From NCBI GenBank assembly GCA_964187785.1, contig OZ076409.1, forward strand, positions 82,958,001-83,022,000: DNA of 64,000 nt. Direction: 5' to 3'. Position numbers and translations under genes: made by a program. Source of the stretch: Amphiscolops sp. MND2022. Taxonomy: Eukaryota. Shown here one piece after another: positions 39,150 to 53,870 of this stretch; position 1 is the stretch's first letter, and each line of letters begins with the position of its first letter. Below the pieces are notes generated by a model that was not told where the DNA came from, searched no databases, and saw only the letters and a program-made list of their open reading frames with translations.

Positions 39150-40105
39150 TTTAATAGACATGTTCAAGAAACGAAACCTGTTACGTAATGCTTAGCATAC
39201 TTGTTGTATAGTTCAGTCGCAACAATGAGGCATGGTGGCCTCAGCTTTTGGCGCGAGTGAGTTTCTCGCAAGCCTTCGAAGTTGTTTCGTGTACGAACGT
39301 GTTCGAGAAATGATTGATTTTGACGAAAGAACAGACCACTCGACGGCACCAAGTGATGTTGGAACCAACCTTTCAACGTCAAAACGGAACAAGATTTATG
39401 TTCTGGTTTTTCACCGCTCACCAAAACAAATTCGGGTCTCTGCGACTGAACGTTGTTCCTTGCAAGAACCTATTCCTGGAACTTGATGATCAGCACTTCG
39501 GATTTTGCTTGGTTTATTTCTCGGGACCGACATCTGTGTTTAGTAGCGTGCCAATGTGGTAAAAGAGTTAAACGGTACGGTTTACACGGTTTTTTGCACC
39601 AAGCGTGCTGGTCGCTTCTCACGTCATGCTACCCTCGATTCTCTCAAAAAGCAGGCGTTGGGATTTCTGGACTTGCCTTCAATGCTCGAGCCGCGTGGAT
39701 TCTACCGAACTGATGGCAAACGCTCAGACGGCGTTACCATGATTCTTTGGAAAATGGGTGAACCGCTGGTGTTGGATGTCACAGTTATGGATGCTTTAGC
39801 ACGCAATCTCCAGAATCAGGTCTCCTTATACAACCCGGGAACCACCGCCACCAAGGCTAAATCTAAAGAAAATGGAATTGATAGACAATGGATGAATGTT
39901 TGAACCAGTGGCCATGGAAGTACAGGGTTCTTTAGGCGAGAGCAATGAACTTTTTATTGCGCGTATCTGTAAAAAGCTCTTTCGTTCGCACGACGATCAA
40001 CGAGCTGGCATATTTTGACTCATCGGATCTCAATGGCTCTTCACATTGGGAATGCAGCCTGTAGTATAGGAACCGTGAGCGACAAAAATGCGTTGAAGGA
40101 ATTTG
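39150..40105 (+). mobile_element. 5'-truncated, decayed second RT/REL retrotransposon (CRE-like, different subfamily), zinc finger + REL endonuclease part
   Basis: CQCGKRV..YGLHG, GRFSRHATLD, LEPRGFYRTDGKRSDGVTMILWKMGEPLVLDVTV.D, EPVAMEVQGSLG, SMALHIGNAAC. Confidence 0.75.
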
Positions 40106-40432
40106 TTATATATAGTTGTTTTTTAAACCTGTATATAATGCAGCTTCTTTGAATCTTGTTTCTAGAAGTCGACTGGGAATGGTCGATTGGCTGGTATGAG
40201 TAGTTTGTTGGTTGTTTTTTGTTGTCACTCTTCTACTGAGACAGTGGCTGGAATGAGGTTTCCTCCTTTCCTTGCACACCAAGGGTGGGAGTTTTCTGCC
40301 CCCAACATGATGACACACATGGCACATGATCGAAAATTTATGCTATAAGAAGAAAAAAGTTGACAAGGATGAAACTGTGATTTTTTAAATGTTTGGGTTC
40401 TATCGGCGCCTGCTTCGATAGTCGATGGTATG

Positions 40433-40456
40433 AGTAGTAGTAGCAGTAGTAGTAGT
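40433..40456. repeat. (AGT)n microsatellite, ~8 units
   Basis: AGTAGTAGTAGCAGTAGTAGTAGT. Confidence 0.7.
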
Positions 40457-40479
40457 TCTTTATAGTTTGTTCTCCTGAC

Positions 40480-43400
40480 AGTGGGGCAATCACTGCATAT
40501 GAATGCTTCCATTCAACCGGAACCAGCATCGACAACAAATAGAAAGTTGCCTACTTCTTGGATAAATTCCCGAGGGTGGTCCTGTTGTGCATCTGGCAAT
40601 GTTTTGACCTTTTTCTCAAATACAGGTCAGTTTTTGCACATTCAGAGCAGATACTTTTGAAATTGTTCAACATATTTTCCGGCCCCAGTCCTTCAAGACA
40701 TTAGGGTCACCTTGTTCTTCGGGTTTGGACACCAGCATGAGTACCATGAGCTCGTTCAAAGACGAGGTTCCTTCCATATTCTTGAATTCTTAGTGGAATG
40801 TAGGACCTATATCCGTTGTATAGCAAGATGTTCTCGACTGTGAGGAAACAATTTACTTTCTTGAAAACACTTCTGCTTGCGCACATGATTGTCAATCGAT
40901 AACCTGATAATTCATCGCGTTCAGAATCACTCCTCAACACTTCGAACGGAACCCAATAATTGTGCTCCGCAAAATTAACAAAGAATTCATCAATATTAGG
41001 ACTAGAGTATTCAACTAGATTGAACTCATCACCATCTTGATGTTAATTTAGTCTGATCGTTAACCTAGGCCATAAACGAGACGTCCCACTTTGTCATACT
41101 TGCTGATACGGTCTTAAGGAGTTCCGTGTTTGAGGGTTCGAGATTGAATGTCCGAACAAGAAAAGCTGCTTGAAACATTTTACCACGACGACAATTGCTA
41201 GAGCTTCACGTTAAGTGTTTAAGTACCTTTGTTCAGCTTGAGACAACGTTTTTGATACAGAAAAGACAAGGTGACCTTCCTGATAGGAATTTGCCATTAG
41301 TTTTCTCAGACACATTAGTTCTCGTCGTTACTTGAACAGTAAGTTTTGATGCTAACCCATTTTCTGCCTTTCGAATGCACGTTGACAATTTTCAGTCCAA
41401 CGGAATTTGGCTTCCAGCTTCTTCCTCAGGTCAAAAGATGGGGCTAATTTGGAATTGACGTTTGGTATGAATAGGACGTAAAAAATGACCAATCCTCAAA
41501 ACTGTTCAACTTCCGTACATCTTTTCCTAACATTGTCCGGAGTCAATCCCTCTTCCTCAAACTGCGAACTCGAGAAAAAGTGACTTTCTCCATGATATTT
41601 CCAGACTCGATCACCGTAATGGTAGTTCCCTTGTTTTTCAGGCGATTCTGAACTACTCTCAAACGCTTCTCTTCTGACTTGTTGTTCTTCCGTGTACCAG
41701 TACGTCGTCCTGAAAACAGATTGTTCCGAAAAACCCTTTGAGAAGGTTCTCCATTGTTCACTGTAACTTTCCGGACGGGTTTTTCACTCGTAGTTGGAGG
41801 AGCTTGAAGAAGCTAAGCGTTGTGTTGATGACGCAAGTTTTTTGCACTTCATTATCGTTTATTATTACTTCGTAAAAAGCTGACACTGAGTCAGTCTTGA
41901 CACAAAATTCCATCTTTTCATCTGATGGCATGTTGTTTTGATGTCGGGAAGCAGATAGTAGTCTTCAGTCATGATCTTATTGTTTACATGAACTTTGAAG
42001 TCTACACAAATGCTAACAGATCCGTCTGTCTTTTATATCCGGGAGAATGGCGTGGCATTTACGACTCCTCTTGGTTCCACCCTGGTATTGATTCCCTGTG
42101 GCTATAGTTTCAGAAAACGCAATCTTGACCTGGGGCTCCAAGGCAAGTGGAACTTCAGGAGCACGACAAAAACATGTCGCTTCAGTTTGATTGTGGCCCT
42201 GACTCCTCTGATGACAGGCAAGCCTTTGCATCAGATAAAGACGAGTTGTGAATTTGATTCACTCGGATCACGTCTCTGAATCATTCTATCAATCTGAATT
42301 TTTTCTCGGACTCGATACCTGCAACGTCAACGAAATGAATATTCGCTTCCCAGTTGAAACTCATACTTTAGATGACCAAAGTATTGCATCCATCGTACGC
42401 TTCAAGCCACTGCTCAAAATGGGACAACCGATTCTCCGCCTATGTTTTGTTCAGATACTTTTCACTGTAGACCCGTATCGTTCTGCATTCGAACGCCATG
42501 ACCATCTAAAATAACTATGAACGTTCCTTTTGCTTGCTCTGTGATGGACATCTACTACAGAATAATACATGATTTATTTGTCCACGCTGACATGGCAAAA
42601 GACACCTATCCTACATACTACATGGTTTCTTATGATGAGGAACGCTCTCCAATTTTTCGTTCTTCAGAAGCATGGTACACTGATGCTTTCGGTTTTCGAT
42701 ACGTTTTCACGTCAGTTATCGAGGCGTCTTGGTTTTAGTCGGCGCATTTGCTATTGAAGGAAAACTGCCAGAGTCTTAGAGTGATTAAAGCGACTTTTTC
42801 ATTCTTCAGACCACAGACCTCAGTTTGACACGACCGCTATTTACAGAAACTACTAAAAGTACTGAAGACAAGTCCGGCCAGGGGAATTTTGGTGCAAAAA
42901 CTCAGTGCCACAAAACTCTGGCTCCTGGAATGGACAACCAATTTTTATATCTTCTGCGGATCAAAACACTGCTCAATGAAGACTAGTAATTTCAATATTC
43001 CTTGAACGGCACATAACATTAGGACATCAACACTACATCTAAAATAAAGCCACCTTACATTACAAAGACTTGAATAAATCAATTTACACAATTTCATTGT
43101 TTTTTCCATCTGAAAAGTTTTCCTAAAAAATGATAAGAAAAGTCACTATAGAGTTTTTCAGTCATATAAGTGTGCATGTATGAAAATGATATATGTAAGC
43201 TTTTTTGCTGCTACGTATAGCGCAGAGTCGAAAATAGATAGAAGTGGAGAAAAAGCCCCAACCAATCACCAGCGGTTAGGAAGAGATCAAAATGAAGTAG
43301 AGATGAAGATTCATCGTCAAAAATGTTGGATAAGACTTAGATGATGCTCTTAAAGCAATCAAATCCAACTCGAAGTTTTTCAGGCAATCCTGAACTACCC

Positions 43401-46400
43401 TCAAACGCTTCTCTTCTGACTTGTTGTTCTTCCGTGTACCAGTACGTCGTCCTGAAAACAGATTTTTCCAAAAACCCTTTGAGAAGGTACTCCATTGTTC
43501 ACTGGAACTTTCCGGACGCGTTTTTCACTCGTAGTTGGAGGAGCTTGAAGATGCTAAGTGTTGTGTTGATGACGCAAGTATTTTGCACTTCATTATCGTG
43601 TATTATCATTTTGTAAAAAATTGACACTGAGTCAGTCTTGACACAAAATTTCATCCTTTCATCTGATGGCAAGTTGTTTTGATATCGGGAATCGGGTAGT
43701 AGTCTTCAGTCAAGATCTTATTGTTTACATGATCTTTGAAGTCTGCACAAATGCTAACAGATCCGTCTTTATTTATATCGGGGAGAATGGCGTGGCATTT
43801 ACGACTCCTCTTGGTTGCACCCTGGTAATGATTCCATGTGCCTAAAGTTTCGGAAAAAGCAATCTTGACCTGGGCCTCCTAGACAAGTTGAAAAGTGGAA
43901 CTTTAGGAGCACGACCAAAAACATGTCGCTTCAGTTTGATTGTGGCCCTGACTCCTTTGGTGACAGGCAAGCATTTGCATCAGATAAAGACGAGTTGTGA
44001 ATTTGATTCACTCGGATTACGTCTCTGAAGCATTCGGACTCGATACCTGCAACGTCAACGAAATGAATATTCGTTTCCCCGTTGAAACTCATACTTTAGA
44101 TGACCAAAGTATTGCATCTATTGTAAGCTTCAATCCACTGCTCAAAATGGGACAACCGATTCTCCGCCTAGGTTTTGTTCAGATACTTTTCACTGTAGAC
44201 TCGTATCGTTCTGCATTCGAACGTCATGACCATCGAACATAACTATGAATGCTCCCTTTGCTTGCTCTGTGATGGACATCTACTACAGAATAATACATGA
44301 TTTATTTGTCCACGGCACATGACAAAAGACACCTATCCTGCATACTACATGGTTTCTTATGATAAGGAGTGCTCCCCAAATTTTCGTTTTTCACAAGCAT
44401 GGTACACTGATGCTTTCGATTTTCGATACGTTTTCACGTCAGTTATCGAGGCGTCTTGGTTTTAGTCGGCGCATTTGCTTCTGTAGGAAAATTGGCCGAG
44501 TCTTGAAGTGATTAGAGCGACCTTTTCATTCTTCAGACCACAGACCTCATTCTGACAGGACCACTATTTACAGAAACTACTAAAACTACTGAAGCCAAGT
44601 CCAGACAGGGAAAACTTAGTGCAAAAATTTAGTGCCATAATACTCTGGCTCCTGGAATGGACACCAATTTTCATATCTTCTGCGGATCAAAACACTGCTC
44701 AAAAAAGACTAGTATTTTCAATATTCCTTAAAAGGCACATAACATTAGGACATCAACACTACACCTATAATAAGGCCACCTTACATTACAAAGACTTGAA
44801 TAAATCAGTGTACACATTTTCATTGTTTTTTCCATCTCAAAAAGTTTTCCTAAAATACGATAAGAAAAGTCTTTTTGGAATTTTTCAGTCATATAAGTGT
44901 GCATGTATAAAAATGATATATGTAAGCTTTTTTTGCTGCTACGTATAGCGCATAGTCGAAAATAGATAGAAGTGGAGAAAAAGCCCCAACCAATCACCAG
45001 CGGTTAGGAAGAGAACAAAATAAAGTAGAGATGAAGATCCATCGTCAAAAATGTTGGATAAGACTTAGATGATGCTCTAAAAGCAATCAAATCCAACTCG
45101 AAGTTTTTCAGGCAATCCTGAACTACCCTCAAACGCTTCTCTTCAGACTTGTTGTTCTTCCGTGTACCAGTACGTTGTCCTGAAAACAGATTTTTCCAAA
45201 AAAACCTTTGAGAAGGTTCTCCATTGTTCACTGGAACTTTCCGGACGCGTTTTTCACTCGTAGTTGGAGGAGCTTGAAGAAGCTAAGCGTTGTGTTGATG
45301 ACGCAAGTTTTTTGCACTTCATTATCGTTTATTATTACTTCGTAAAAAGCTGACACTGAGTCAGTCTTGACACAAAATTCCATCTTTTCATCTGATGGCA
45401 TGTTGTTTTGATGTCGGGAAGCAGATAGTAGTCTTCAGTCATGATCTTATTGTTTACATGAACTTTGAAGTCTACACAAATGCTAACAGATCCGTCTGTC
45501 TTTTATATCCGGGAGAATGGCGTGGCATTTACGACTCCTCTTGGTTCCACCCTGGTATTGATTCCCTGTGGCTATAGTTTCAGAAAACGCAATCTTGACC
45601 TGGGCCTCCAAGGCAAGTGGAACTTCAGGAGCACGACAAAAAACATGTCGCTTCAGTTTGATTGTGGCCCTGACTCCTTTGGTGACAGGCAAGCATTTGC
45701 ATCAGATAAAGACGAGTTGTGAATTTGATTCACTCGGATTACGTCTCTGAAGCATTCGGACTCGATACCTGCAACGTCAACGAAATGAATATTCGTTTCC
45801 CCGTTGAAACTCATACTTTAGATGACCAAAGTATTGCATCTATCGTAAGCTTCAATCCACTGCTCAAAATGGGACAACCGATTCTCCGCCTAGGATTTGT
45901 TCAGATACTTTTCACTGTAGACTCGTATCGTTCTGCTTTCGAACGTCATGACCATCTAACATAACTATGAATACTCCCTTTGCTTGCTCTGTGATGGACA
46001 TCTACTACAGAATAATACATGATTTATTTGTCCACGGCACATGACAAAAGACACCTATCCATCATACTACATGGTTTCTTATGATAAGGAGTGCTCCCCA
46101 AATTTTCGTTTTTCACAAGCATGGTACACTGATGCTTTCGATTTTCGATACGTTTTCACGTCAGTTATCGAGGCGTCTTGGTTTTAGTCGGCGCATTTGC
46201 TTCTGTAGGAAAATTGGCCGAGTCTTGAAGTGATTAGAGCGACCTTTTCATTCTTCAGACAACAGACCTCATTCTGACAGGACCACTATTTACAGAAACT
46301 ACTAAAACCACTGAAGCCAAGTCCAGACAGGGAAAACTTAGTGCAAAAATTTAGTGCCATAATACTCTGGCTCCTGGAATGGACACCAATTTTCATATCT

Positions 46401-49400
46401 TCTGCGGATCAGAACACTGCTCAAAAAAGACTAGTATTTTCAATATTCCTTAAAAGGCACATAACATTAGGACATCAACACTACATCTATAATAAGGCCA
46501 CCTTACATTACAAAGACTTGAATAAATCAGTGTACACATTTTCATTGTTTTTTCCATCTGAAAAGTTTTCCTAAAATACGATAAGAAAAGTCTTTTTAGA
46601 ATTTTTCAGTCATATAAGTGTGCATGTATAAAAATGATATATGTAAGCTTTTTTTGCTGCTACGTATAGCGCATAGTCGAAAATAGATAGAAGTGGAGAA
46701 AAAGCCCCAACCAATCACCAGCGGTTAGGAAGAGAACAAAATAAAGTAGAGATGAAGATCCATCGTCAAAAATGTTGGATAAGACTTAGATGATGCTCTA
46801 AAAGCAATCAAATCCAACTCGAAGTTTTTCAGGCAATCCTGAACTACCCTCAAACGCTTCTCTTCAGACTTGTTGTTCTTCCGTGTACCAGTACGTCGTC
46901 CTGAAAACAGATTTTTCCAAAAAAACCTTTGAGAAGGTTCTCCATTTTTCACTGGAACTTTCCGGACGCGTTTTTCACTCGTAGTTGGAGGAGCTTGAAG
47001 AAGCTAAGCGTTGTGTTGATGACGCAAGTTTTTTGCACTTCATTATCGTTTATTATTACTTCGTAAAAAGCTGACACTGAGTCAGTCTTGACACAAAATT
47101 CCATCTTTTCATCTGATGGCATGTTGTTTTGATGTCGGGAAGCAGATAGTAGTCTTCAGTCATGATCTTATTGTTTACATGAACTTTGAAGTCTACACAA
47201 ATGCTAACAGATCCGTCTGTCTTTTATATCCGGGAGAATGGCGTGGCATTTACGACTCCTCTTGGTTCCACCCTGGTATTGATTCCCTGTGGCTATAGTT
47301 TCAGAAAACGCAATCTTGACCTGGGCCTCCAAGGCAAGTGGAACTTCAGGAGCACGACAAAAAACATGTCGCTTCAGTTTGATTGTGGCCCTGACTCCTT
47401 TGGTGACAGGCAAGCATTTGCATCAGATAAAGACGAGTTGTGAATTTGATTCACTCGGATTACGTCTCTGAAGCATTCGGACTCGATACCTGCAACGTCA
47501 ACGAAATGAATATTCGTTTCCCCGTTGAAACTCATACTTTAGATGACCAAAGTATTGCATCTATCGTAAGCTTCAATCCACTGCTCAAAATGGGACAACC
47601 GATTCTCCGCCTAGGTTTTGTTCAGATACTTTTCACTGTAGACTCGTATCGTTCTGCTTTCGAACGTCATGACCATCTAACATAACTATGAATGCTCCCT
47701 TTGCTTGCTCTGTGATGGACATCTACTACAGAATAATACATGATTTATTTGTCCACGGCACATGACAAAAGACACCTATCCTGCATACTACATGGTTTCT
47801 TATGATAAGGAGTGCTCCCCAAATTTTCGTTTTTCACAAGCATGGTACACTGATGCTTTCAATTTTCGATACGTTTTCACGTCAGTTATCGAGGCGTCTT
47901 GGTTTTAGTCGGCGCATTTGCTTCTGTAGGAAAATTGGCCGAGTCTTAGAGTGATTAGAGCGACCTTTTCATTCTTCAGACCACAGACCTCATTCTGACA
48001 GGACCACTAATTTTAGAAACTACTAAAACTACTGAAGCCAAGTCCAGACAGGGAAAACTTAGTCCAAAAAGTTAGTGTCATGATACTCTGGCTCCTGGAA
48101 TGGACACCAATTTTCATATCTTCTGCGGATCAAAACACTGCTCAAAAAAGACTAGTATTTTCAATATTCCTTAAAAGGCACATAACATTAGGACATCAAC
48201 ACTACATCTATAATAAGGCCACCTTACATTACAAAGACTTGAATAAATCAGTGTACACATTTTCATTGTTTTTTCCATCTGAAAAGTTTTCCTAGAATAT
48301 GATAAGAAAAGTCTTTTTAGAATTTTTCAGTCATATAAGTGTGCATGTATAAAAATGATATATGTAAGTTTTTTTGCTGCTACGTATAGCGCAGAGTCGA
48401 AAATAGATAGAAGTGGAGAAAAAGCCCCAACCAATCACCAGCGGTTAGGAAGAGAACAAAATGAAGTAGAGATGAAGATCCATCGTCAAAAATGTTGGAT
48501 AAGACTTAGATGATGCTCTAAAAGCAATCAAATCCAACTCGAAGTTTTTCAGGCAATCCTGAACTACCCTCAAACGCTTCTCTTCTGACTTGTTGTTCTT
48601 CCGTGTACCAGTACGTCGTCCTGAAAACAGATTTTCCAAAAAACCCTTTGAGAAGGTTCTCCATTGTTCACTGGAACTTTCCGGACGCGTTTTTCACTCG
48701 TAGTTGGAGGAGCTTGAAGAAGCTAAGCGTTGTGTTGATGACGCAAGTTTTTTGCACTTCATTATCGTTTATTATTACTTCGTAAAAAGCTGACACTGAT
48801 TCAGTCTTGACACAAAATTTCATCTTTTCATCTGATGGCATGTTGTTTTGATGTCGGGAAGCAGATAGTAGTCTTCAGTCATGATCTTATTGTTTACATG
48901 AACTTTGAAGTCTGCACAAATGCTAACAGATCCGTCTGTCTTTTATATCCGGGAGAATGGCGTGGCATTTACGACTCCTCTTGGTTCTACCCTGGTATTG
49001 ATTCCCTGTGGCTAAAGTTTCAGAAAACGCAATCTTGACCTGGGCCTCCAAAGCAAGTGGAACTTTAGGAGCACGACAAAAAACATGTCGCTTCAGTTTG
49101 ATTGTGGCCCTGACTCATTTGATGACAGGCAAGCCTTTGCTTCAGATAAAGACGAGTTGTGAATTTGATCCACTCGGATCACGTCTCTGAATCATTCGGA
49201 CTCGATACCTGCAACGTCAACGAAATGAATATTCGTTTCCCCGTTGAAACTCATACTTTAGATGACCAAAGTATTGCATCTATCGTAAGCTTCAATCCAC
49301 TGCTCAAAATTGGACAACCGATTCTCCGCCTATGTTTTGTTCAGATACTTTTCACTGTAGACTCGTATCGTTCTGCATTCGAACGTCATGACCATCTAAC

Positions 49401-52400
49401 ATAACTATGAATGCTCCCTTTGCTTTCTCTGTGATGGACATCTACTACAGAATAATACATGATATATTTGTCCACGCCCACATGACAAAAGACACCTATC
49501 CTGCATACTACATGGTTTCTTATGATAAGGAGTGCTCCCCAAATTTTCGTTTTTCACAAGCATGGTACACTGATGCTTTCGATTTTCGATACGTTTTCAC
49601 GTCAGTTATCGAGGCGTCTTAGTTTTAGTCGGCGCATTTGCTTCTGTAGGAAAATTGGTCGAGTCTTAGAGTGATTAGAGCGACCTTTTCATTCTTCAGA
49701 CCACAGACCTCATTCTGACAGGACCACTATTTACAGAAACTACTAAAACTACTGAAGCCAAGTCCAGACAGGGAAAACTTAGTCTAAAAATTTAGTGCGA
49801 TAATACTCTGGCTCCTGGAATGGACACCAATTTTCATATCTTCTGCGGATCAAAACACTGCTCAAAAAAGACTAGTATTTTCAATATTCCTTAAAAGGCA
49901 CATAACATTAGTATATCAACACTACATCTAAAATAAGGCCATCATACATTACAAAGACTTGAATAAATCAGTGTACACAATTTCATTGTTTTTTCCATCA
50001 GTTTTCCTAGAAAATGATAAGAAAAGCCACTATAGAACTTTTCAGTCATATAAGTGTACATGTATAAATATGATCTATGTAAGCATTTTTGCTGCTACGT
50101 ATAGCGCAGAGTCGAAAATAGATAGAAGTGGAGAAAAACCCCTACCAATCATCAGCGGTTAGGAGAAAAACAAAATGAAGTAGAGATGAAGATCCATCGT
50201 CGAAAAAGTTGGATAAGAATTAGATGATGCTCTAAAAGCAATCAAATCCAACTCGAAGTTTTTCAGGCAATCCTGAACTACCCTCAAACGCTTCTCTTCT
50301 GACTTGTTGTTCTTCCGTGTACCAGTACGTCGTCCTGAAAACAGATTTTCCAAAAAACCCTTTGAGAAGGTTCTCCATTGTTCACTGGAACTTTCCGGAC
50401 GCGTTTTTCACTCGTAGTTGGAGGAGCTTGAAGAAGCTAAGCGTTGTGTTAATGACGCAAGTTTTTTGCACTTCATTATCGTTTATTATTACTTCGTAAA
50501 AAGCTGACACTGATTCAGTCTTGACACAAAATTTCATCTTTTCATCTGATGGCATGTTGTTTTGATGTCGGGAAGCAGATAGTAGTCTTCAGTCATGATC
50601 TTATTGTTTACATGAACTTTGAAGTCTGCACAAATGCTAACAGATCCGTCTGTCTTTTATATCCGGGAGAATGGCGTGGCATTTACGACTCCTCTTGGTT
50701 CTACCCTGGTATTGATTCCCTGTGGCTAAAGTTTCAGAAAACGCAATCTTGACCTGGGCCTCCAAAGCAAGTGGAACTTTAGGAGCACGACAAAAAACAT
50801 GTCGCTTCAGTTTGATTGTGGCCCTGACTCATTCGATGACAGGCAAGCCTTTGCTTCAGATAAAGACGAGTTGTGAATTTGATCCACTCGGATCACGTCT
50901 CTGAATCATTCGGACTCGATACCTGCAACGTCAACGAAATGAACATTCGTTTCCCCAATGAAACTCATACTTTAGATGACCAAAGTATTGCATCTATCGT
51001 AAGCTTCAATCCACTGCTCAAAATTGGACAACCGATTCTCCGCCTATGTTTTGTTCAGATACTTTTCACTGTAGACTCGTATCGTTCTGCATTCGAACGT
51101 CCTGACCATCTAACATAACTATGAATGCTCCCTTTGCTTTCTCTGTGATGGACATCTACAGAATAATACATGATATATTTGTCCACGCTCACATGACAAA
51201 AGACACCTATCCTGCATACTACATGGTTTCTTATGATAAGGAGTGCTCCCCAAATTTTCGTTTTTCACAAGCATGGTACACTGATGCTTTCGATTTTCGA
51301 TACGTTTTCACGTCAGTTATCGAGGCGTCTTGGTTTTAGTCGGCGCATTTGCTTCTGTAGGAAAATTGGCCGAGTTTTAGAGTGATTAGAGCGACCTTTT
51401 CATTCTTCAGACCACAGACCTCATTCTGACAGGACCATTATTTACAGAAACTACTAAAACTACTGAAGCCAAGTCCAGACAGGTAAAACTTAGTCCAAAA
51501 ATTTAGTGCGATAATACTCTGGCTCCTGGAATGGACACCAATTTTCATATCTTCTGCGGATCAAAACACTGCTCAAAAAAGACTAGTATTTTCAATATTC
51601 CTTAAAAGGCACATAACATTAGGACATCAACACTACATCTAAAATAAGGCCACCATACATTACAAAGACTTGAATAAATCAGTGTACACAATTTCATTGT
51701 TTTTTCCATCAGTTTTCCTAGAAAATGATAAGAAAAGCCACTATAGAACTTTTCAGTCATATAAGTGTACATGTATAAATATGATCTATGTAAGCATTTT
51801 TGCTGCTACGTATAGCGCAGAGTCGAAAATAGATAGAAGTGGAGAAAAACCCCCTACCAATCACCAGCGGTTAGGAGAAAAACAAAATGAAGTAGAGATG
51901 AAGATCCATCGTCGAAAAAGTTGGATAAGAATTAGATGCTGTAATAAAAGTAATCAAATCCAACTCGAAGTTTTTCAGGCAATCCTGAACTACCCTCAAA
52001 CGCTTCTCTTCTGACTTGTTGTTCTTCCGTGTTCCAGTACGTCGTCCTGAAAACAGATTGTTCCAAAAATTCCTTCGAGAGAATTCTCCATTGTTCACTG
52101 TAACTTTCCGGATGCGTTTTCCACTCCTAGTCGGAAGTGTTTGAAGAAGCTAAGTGTTGTGTTGATGACGCAAGTATTTTGCACTTCATTATCGTGTATT
52201 ATCATTTCGTAAAAAATTGACACTGAGTCAGTCTTGACACAAAATTTCATCCTTTCATCTGATGGCAAGTTGTTTTGATATCGGGAATCGGGTAGTAGTC
52301 TTCAGTCAAGATCTTATTGTTTACATGATCTTTGAAGTCTGCACAAATGCTAACAGATCCGTCTTTATTTATATCGGGGAGAATGGCGTTGCATTTACGA

Positions 52401-53870
52401 CTCCTCTTGGTTGCACCCTGGTAATGATTCCATGTGCCTAAAGTTTCGGAAAAAGCAATCTTGACCTGGGCCTCCTAGGCAAGTTGAAAAGTGGAACTTT
52501 AGGAGCACGACCAAAAACATGTCGCTTCAGTTTGATTGTGGCCCTGACTCCTTTGATGACACGCAAGCCTTTGCATCAGACAAAAACGAGTTGTGAATTT
52601 GATTCACTCGGATCACGTCTCTGAATCATTCTATCAATCTGAATGTTTTCTCGGACTCGATACCTGCAACGTCAACGAAATGAAAATTCGTTTCCCCGTT
52701 GAAACTCATACTTTAGATGACCAAAGTATTGCATCCATCGTACGCTTCAATCCACTGCTCAAAATGGGACAACCGATTCTCCGCCTATGTTTTGTTCAGA
52801 TACTTTTCACTGTAGACCCGTATCGTTCTGCATTCGAACGTCATGACCATCTAACATAACTATGAACGCTCCCTTTGCTTGCTCTGTGATGGACATCTAC
52901 TACAGAATAATACATGATTTATTTGTCCACGCTCACATGGCAAAAGACACCTATCCTGTATACTACATGGTTTCTTATGATAAGGAGCGCTTTCCAAATT
53001 TTCGTTCTTTACAAGCATGGTACACTGATGCTTTCTTCTTTTTGATATGTTTTCACGTCAGTTATCGAGGCGTCTTGGTTTTAGTCGGCGCATTTGCTTT
53101 TGAAGGAAAATTGCCCGAATCTTAGAGTGATTAGAGCGACCTTTTCATTCTTCAGACCACAGACCTCAATCTGACACGACCACTATTTACAGAAACTACT
53201 AAATCTACTGAGGCCAAGTCTGGCCAGGGGAAACTTGGTGCAAAAACTCAGTGCCATACTACTCTGGCTCCTGTATGCGACTCAGATCTTTTTTATCATT
53301 GGGGCCACGTTTCTCCGCGTATGCAACTACTGTTCAAGTTGACTGATGAACTGAGCTCTCAGCCAATCGCTTTGCCTAGATTCTTTAATGAATTAGCTGA
53401 AGCAGTTATTCCACCGTCAAGTTGTCGTTTGCTGTGAGTGCTGTGTCGTGGTTCGGCGATAGATTGTAATCGGGATATTTCAGCTTCAGGATCCGTACGA
53501 GCTTTGAGATCGACGAATATGCAATAACGCGCGGCCTCTCCGAGCTAGCAAGGCAGTCAGTTTCTGCTTCTTCTCCCCGTGAGATATCTGAAGAAAACAA
53601 GTACGTTTCGAAACTACAAGTGTCTGTTGTGGTTTAAAAAATTTTATGAGATCCTTTCGCATGTCCATGAATTTCACGTCTCCAATGTTAATAGGCGCGA
53701 CGAGCGACTGAGGGTACTGAGTTTAAACAACGCCTGATAATCGTTTGTTAGTTCCAGGTGTTGCGTAGATGTCATTCTCCTGTTCAACACGCACTGGCCA
53801 TTTGATCGCACTAAACGACAATAAAAGATTTGTCGGGTATTTGGAGGTTCGGTTCGGCTTTACCCTTCGA
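40480..53870 (-). mobile_element. Decayed Gypsy LTR retrotransposon (gag-PR-RT-RNaseH-partial IN), middle amplified into the 1.72-kb array
   Basis: On the minus strand: gag SLVAPINIGDVKFMDMRKDLIKFFKPQQTLVVSKR (~53600-53720); protease MQNDTG (DTG at 42479-42471 in copy 1); RT FCRAPEVPLALE and ICFQDDVLVHG (FQDD at 41715-41704); RNaseH LSQAEQRY...REALAIV; IN AHGTHAGV...CSEC and VVDAGSG.MEAF. No LTRs recognised. Confidence 0.85.

Noticed and set aside
41925..53125. Plus-strand ORFs in the 1.72-kb array (MNLIHSD..., MACCFDV...) as genes
   Set aside because: They are antisense shadows of the minus-strand Gypsy PR/RT.
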